A stretch of DNA of 64,000 nucleotides from positions 111,538,001 through 111,602,000 of the forward strand of contig OZ024743.1 in assembly GCA_964016885.1 (NCBI GenBank), given 5' to 3'. This document shows positions 56,595-64,000 of the stretch, piece after piece. Positions within the stretch are counted from its first letter, which is position 1; each line of letters starts with the position of its first letter. This DNA comes from Eledone cirrhosa. Taxonomy: Eukaryota. A model generated the notes under the pieces. It ran no database searches. It saw only the letters and a program-made list of their open reading frames with translations, and had not been told where the DNA came from. Made by a program: the position numbers and the translations under genes.

Positions 56595-56650
56595 ACTGCT
56601 ATATATATTTCGATGATAGCCATTGAATGGATATGACCTCATCAGGCAGT
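56595..56650 (-). ncRNA. Type I hammerhead ribozyme downstream of a PLE-like LN.DL terminus
   Basis: Minus strand: ACTGC-CTGATGA-GGTCATATCCATTCAATGGCTATCATC-GAAA-TATATA-TA^GCAGT. Confidence 0.8.
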
Positions 56651-56726
56651 TGGTCACTTCTTAGATATGACAGGTCTGTGTTTAAAGTGTTGATGGTATC
56701 AGAGCCTTGGGACATATATATATATA

Positions 56727-57450
56727 TTGGTAGTATTGGTGTTTTGAAATAGCGATGTATACATGAATGTATGTGTAGTATATTTGGCAATATACCGTAT
56801 GTTTAATTAAAAATATTTACCAGACCATACGGTATCAGTTTTAGTGTAGTGACTATGTCACTTACTTCTTTTCGGCGAAATGAGGGAGATAAGCTAACAG
56901 TCTGTTTCATGCTGGTTGACGTTCATCAGAGCCACACATTCCCCTGCCTCCGCCGAAAATTATAGAAGCTGGATTCTTATACAATTCCAGTATTAATCAG
57001 GAGCTGATTATACAGAGAGTTTGCTGGTCCAGCAAAAATTAGGTATTAGGATCGGTGCTCTGCAATAGCGATGTATACATGAACATATGTATATTATACT
57101 TGGCAATAAGAATCCAGCTTCTATAATTTTCGGCGGAAGCAGGGGAGTGAGTGGCTCTATTGAACGTCAACCAGCGTGAAACAGACTGTCAGCTTCCCTC
57201 GCTTCTTTCGCCGAAAAGAAGTAAGTGATATAGTCAGTACTTTAAAACTGATAGTTGATGATCTTCTAAATGTTTTTAATTACACATACGGTATATTGCC
57301 GCATATACTATACATACATTCATGTATACATTGGTATTTCAGAACGCCAATACTAATACCTAATATTTGATGGACCGGCAATATATAATCAGTTCCTGAT
57401 TATTATTGGAATTCTTTATGAATCCAGCTTCTATAATTTTCGGCGAGAAG
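56727..57450. mobile_element. Family D fold-back element with canonical-core HHRs
   Basis: 56892-56933 (-): GGCT-CTGATGA-ACG...CAT-GAAA-CAGACTG-TT^AGCT; 57153-57194 (+): GGCT-CTATTGA-ACG..CGT-GAAA-CAGACTG-TC^AGCT; arms ~56730-56980 and 57110-57360. Confidence 0.8.
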
Positions 57451-57465
57451 AAGAAAAGACAACAA

Positions 57466-57553
<88 letters not shown>

Positions 57554-57957
57554 ACTATAAAGTAAAGTATGCCCATAGAATCATTTGATAATATATATAT
57601 ACATCATTTCCTCTCCCAATTAGCATAATCAACCACACAAAAAAATCAATTAGACCAGGCTATAAGATTAAAAGACACCTACGAAGAAACAGTAAATAAA
57701 TAAACAATAGCAGCCTCTTCGCGGCCAGGAGTCCAGCAGAAGCAATGGGGACAACCGCCTATGGATTTCAGAATTGACTGGTCTTCGCCAGGATGGGCTC
57801 TCCCACACCTGCAACTGCTGGACTTGAGAACAGTCGAGAATATATAGTTTTCTCGTCTATGTAAATAAGGTGATTAATCTTATTTGCATATCAAGCTGCA
57901 TAAGTTGGCTCAACTTATAATAGGATAGGATTTAGCTTCAAGCATAGCTGTATACAG

Positions 57958-58786
<829 letters not shown>

Positions 58787-58865
58787 ACTATATTTAGAGT
58801 TATAAACTCAGACAGTCCTTTACAATTAATTAGCTCAAAGAAAGAAGCATTTCTGAGCCGTGAAA

Positions 58866-58990
58866 TACAAGTTAATGTAAATTAATATATGATAAACATT
58901 AATATAAACATATAACTTGGTCATTTACAATACAAACACTTATATGTTTATATTAGTGTTTATTATATATTAATTTATATTAACTTGTAT
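58866..58990. repeat. AT-rich fold-back (inverted arms ~47 bp)
   Basis: ATACAAGTTAAT.TAAATTAATATAT... / ...ATATATTAATTTATATTAACTTGTAT. Confidence 0.7.
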
Positions 58991-60467
58991 ATATATATAA
59001 ATATATATATATACACACACAATGCTCATTACACTATCTGGAACATAGAGTGTCACTGGTACATACATATCCATATTAATGCCAGTCATGTTTTACAAAT
59101 ACTTACATTTTTCGAAACTGAATTTCTCCCAGAAATTATTACCTAAAGAAAAGAGGGCAGGTGGATTATACGTAACCATTTTAACTCAACCTTGTATTAG
59201 TAGTTTGGTTCCGCTACCAAACATCTACCTACATAGTCTACCACACAACCAGATTTTTTCCGAATTATAAACCTTAGAATTAAAAAAACTGATCAATAAG
59301 AAGAAATCAGCACAGTGTCCATTCTTTCGTATGAGTTTGAACGTGTACATATATTGTAACTGCTAAAACAATGAGCGTGTTGTTGCTTACGTGTAGGATT
59401 GTGGTCATATAGATCAACATCAAAGGGACAGAATTCCTTCTAGGAAATAATTTTTTAAATAAATTAAAATATGGCTACATAAGTAACATGCTGTATTTGT
59501 ATATTTATTTGCTAAACTAGTATTAACTTATATTATTATTTCTTAAATGTTTTGTGCAATCCCATTCATATGAAAATAAATGTTTTCAGAAGGATTTTAC
59601 TGCATTTGAACAAACGTTAAATTCTGAAATGTTACTATCACTATAGTAACCTGATACGAAGATAAATAAATATATTATATACGATAAAATACTATAGATA
59701 TGAAACATGAAGTAGTCGTTGCAGTTAACGTAACAATGCTGATAGAAAGTTAATCAGCATTTTCCTTTACCTAGTATGACATTAGTACAAAAGTACTATA
59801 TTTAGGATTACTTTAATTTCTAGATTTTACAAAGCCGTTGGATTGGCATGGTCTTTAAAGTGTCGGACGAATCCGTAATTGTATTTTCAAGGGCTCGTAA
59901 CATTTTATGTTCAAATGCCAGTGAATAACTTTGGTTTTCTTCATTCTGAAACCGATACAATATAGTAGCAGTTTAGGAATAGTATTGATATTGTCGCATT
60001 TTTTTCTACCAAGTAACCGCTGGTCTCGTGCCAGAATTAGAGGCCATTTACATCTAAGTAGCAAATCTCCTTATATCATGGAATATAGAATGAGTATATT
60101 GACGAGCTGAGTATTGAAGTGAGATCTGATTGCATCAAAGTGTTACTCTATAGAAAACTTCGAGCAGGACTGTGAACAAGCAAAATATTTATAATGTATA
60201 CATGTGTCGATATGAGATGCTGATCAGAAAAAACAGTTCCGAATAAAATTTGATATATTTTCCAGCGAGATATTTTGATACACTTCAATGTTGTTATGGC
60301 AGAATGTGAATCATCAAGTAGGATTTTGGTCTGCCTATAGACCTTTAATCAGCCAGGTGAAAGGGTATGTGTATATGCTTTTGATTGATTCGATAACTAG
60401 GGAGAATATAAAGCATTTCTAATCTCACGCAGTGAGATCGAAACCGGGATCTCATATATATATATAC

Positions 60468-60501
<34 letters not shown>

Positions 60502-60542
60502 GTGTGTATGTGTGTGTATGTAAGTATGTATATATATATAGT

Positions 60543-60588
<46 letters not shown>

Positions 60589-60951
60589 ACGTGCTTAAAG
60601 CGCGTTAGAAGTGTGAGTGGTAATATCAGAAAACATAACAAACGGAAAACACATCCAGAAAATACAGGAAAATACTTTGAATATCAAAGAAATATATAAC
60701 CGAGGGATATCTACTTTATGCCAGATTTTTGTGCGTATCAGAGATGAGTAACAGAAATCAATTTATAGATTAATTCCTAACATTTACCAATGTATTTTGC
60801 ACAACACTATAAAACAAGCAATAAACATAAAGTATGCATAATCAATTGTACTCTAATAACCAGATTGGTTGTTTTTTCTCTCCCCATATTTTTTTTGTTA
60901 TCTTCATTTTCTGGTTCTGAACACATGCACGCACACACACATGCACACACA

Positions 60952-61054
<103 letters not shown>

Positions 61055-61055
61055 T

Positions 61056-61247
61056 ATAGGAACAAATAAGACCCCGACGGCTGAGCTCAAGCCGTTTCGA
61101 CGGCTAATTCTGGACTGAATTAGCCGTCGAAACGGCTTGAGCTCAGCCGTCGGGGTCTTATTTGTTCCTATTACCCAGTCTACTACCCTAAGTATTGAGT
61201 ACTTTGGTGCGTTATGGTCCACTTGGTTCCTTACCACATTTCCTTCG

Positions 61248-61250
<3 letters not shown>
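61056..61250 (+). mobile_element. Family A element: perfect 55-bp hairpin plus tail
   Basis: Arms 61056-61110 and 61117-61171, loop TGGACT; retains the HHR 3' half GAAACGGC..GCCGTC^GGGG. Confidence 0.9.
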
Positions 61251-61291
<41 letters not shown>

Positions 61292-61295
<4 letters not shown>

Positions 61296-61460
61296 GTTTC
61301 TACTTTAGGCACAAGGCCAGAAATTACTCAGTGCATTACTGGTACTTTATTTTATCGAAGGATGAAAGGCAAATTCAAACTCAGCGGGATTTGAACTCAG
61401 GTCGTAAAGGGACGTAAGTATGCTGGAAAGCATGGCGTCCGACCCTCTACCGATACTGGC
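61292..61460 (-). mobile_element. Main tRNA-derived SINE
   Basis: As other copies, with small internal changes. Confidence 0.88.
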
Positions 61461-61468
61461 ATAATGTG

Positions 61469-61531
<63 letters not shown>

Positions 61532-61997
61532 TATATCATATATCATATATCATATATCAAATATTTGTATATATATATATATATATACATCATGTATCAT
61601 ATATTTGTAAACATACTTATGCATATATACGTACACACAAAGCCACAACTCACATAGGTACATATATACATATATATACATACACCTCCTTCTCTCTCTA
61701 TATATATATATATATTTGTATATATGAAGAAAGAGTGAGGATGTTGGGTAAAGTGTCGGTAAGAAAGACACAAGAAAGAAACTGAGTGAAAAAATATACT
61801 TTTAGGAGATAGCTAGTTGATACTAGTATTGCGATTGTTTCTCGTTTTTATCTACGTAAACCGTATTCGACATACACAAATCCTCGTACGTGATTTATAT
61901 ATTAATCGCATACACATATAGACATACATATCTTATTCGAATATATAGCTATCAATATTTAAACACATACGTATATATATATATGTATATGTATATG

Positions 61998-62070
<73 letters not shown>

Positions 62071-64000
62071 CTGCGTGTACATTAGGCTGCATGTGTGGAT
62101 GTGTTCTGGTTTTTCTTTGTATGTGAGTATAATATAAAATATACCATACTATTGAATAGCGCTATTTGATATCGTTATACTATAAAAATAGTATATTCGG
62201 TTGTTCTCATCCTTATATATATATAATAGACCCATATAGAGATGATAAGAAGCTTTCCCTTATAGTAATCCTTACAAATAGTGAAATGACCTGAGATGAA
62301 TTCGACTTCCTTCCAGCTCTCTTCAAATGCCTTGCATACACAATCACTCGACTGTCTTTTTACTTGCGGTTATTTTTTTATAAATTTTCTTTTTAAGATT
62401 CTTCTATTGTTTGTGTTCATTTACGTTCTGATTTCAAATATCACTGAGGTGAATTTTTATTTTTTCATTCCGAGGACTATAATTTTAAGTACCAGTCAAG
62501 TATTGAGGTAGATGTATTCCATTTTGCCTTCTCCTCAAATTGCTGGCATTGCGCCTAAATTAGAAAACATTATGATTTTTTTTTAAAGAAATAGATATAC
62601 AGAATTCTGAGAGATTCGGATACAAAATGCCATGCGAAATTCGAATCCTAGCGAAATCAAACCTGTCATCCGTCCTAGCTGGTTAACGTAAAGACCCAGT
62701 TAATAAATGTCGTAAATTTATTCGAATTTCTTCTATCTCCAAATTGATGCCCTTAAAACTATTATTATCATATAGCCTTTGATGGAATCTGATCGAGAAT
62801 ATCTAATTTCAGAAGCATTTCAGCCATAACAACCCAGTCATATTAATGGTATGTTTGACTACGCACCTTAGCTGTGTCCTTTCCTTATTTTATAACACCT
62901 GAATTAAACACATTATAATGTGAACTCTTGAAAACCTTTGGTAATAACCTCATAACTACCGTTGTTTTTCACGACTTTGTCAGTTGAAGAATCGAGGCAC
63001 CTATTACGTTTTGTCAAGGATTCCAGGACCGATGGGAGGACAGAAGTAAACTTACTATCAACCTGAAGACAGTAACCGAAAGTTTGAAACACGGTTGGAT
63101 GAGCTTACGAACCAAATAATTTTCGCTCATAACCTGGTCAATGCTGTTGGTTTTTTTTTGTGGTTTTGGGGTGTCCTTCTCTGTTTTCAGAGATTCCATG
63201 ACTTATTGTTAGAATCGGCCTTTGGCCGGAGTGTCTACAACAGACTGTGATGAACAAAATACTCTTATGATGGCAATATGATTAGGTAATAAAGTTGCGG
63301 CTTGTTTTCCATCAATTAATTGGGGGATGAAAGGAAGTGTATATTAGCACTTTCAGGGGTTTCTAGAATGGTAGGATCGTTGGAAATAATGTCTCCGTAA
63401 GCTGGAGCTCTCTCTCTCAAATACCTGCAACACAGTGGAATAAGCCAAACACACACAAAACACTTTAGGTGTTTAGACTATAAAATTGATCATATATGAA
63501 AATGACGGCCTCTTGCGGAAATTCTATCAACTAAATATAACAGTCAAGGCTATGGTCGATCTGAGGATTTAGAAAAAAATTACTTATTAATGGTTCTGCG
63601 CAATGAAGGTTGAAAACGAATCTACATTATTGGGATGGGAACCTTATGAACTTACACATATCGCAATTGTTACAAAATATCTATCTAATAAATGTTCAAT
63701 ATTCTACATCTTTTTGTGAAAGAATATTGTATTGAATAAAATGTATTAAATAATTCGAAGACTGCACCGAAACCAAAAATAATAGATAAGTGTAAAACAT
63801 ATATTTGAAAGGTAAAGAGAAAGCTAACATTAAAAAAATACGTGTTGAAGACAATACGATTTTAGTCAATTAAAATTGATTAGAAAATATATAGTTCTAA
63901 GACGCCATCATCTTGAAAAACAATAAGCGATTTAGTCTTAAATTATTTAATGTAGCATTAAGATGGGAAAAACATCGAACTACAGGATCGCAAATTGAAT

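Overview
This is AT-rich eukaryotic DNA saturated with microsatellites ((TA)n, (CA)n, (GA)n, (AAT)n). The SINE and microsatellite content suggests an octopus/cephalopod genome, which is my inference. I found no intact host gene, and most ORF-track entries (IYIY/CVCV/SLSL) are translated microsatellites. The window is a mosaic of transposable elements. It holds a near-complete Neptune-type Penelope-like element (PLE; RT + GIY-YIG) between ~770-bp inverted pseudo-LTRs (47.3-52.6 kb) and a 3' fragment of a Hydra-type PLE (9.6-10.7 kb). It also holds a decayed hAT-superfamily (hATm-like) DDE transposase (21.2-23.4 kb), two tandem non-autonomous Helitrons, RTE and Dong/R4 LINE relics, and at least 12 tRNA-derived SINEs. 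The strongest signal is non-coding. More than ten unrelated short element families sit in (TA)n tracts as fold-back hairpins or tandem units, and most carry a hand-foldable type I hammerhead ribozyme (HHR). I count roughly 25 complete, degenerate or partial HHR motifs in 64 kb, including U3-A8 core variants and C3-G8/U3-A8 covariation within one family. The fold-back apex repeatedly coincides with the ribozyme. This looks like a population of PLE-mobilised, retrozyme-like elements. All folding and alignment was done by eye, and boundaries of degenerate elements are approximate.
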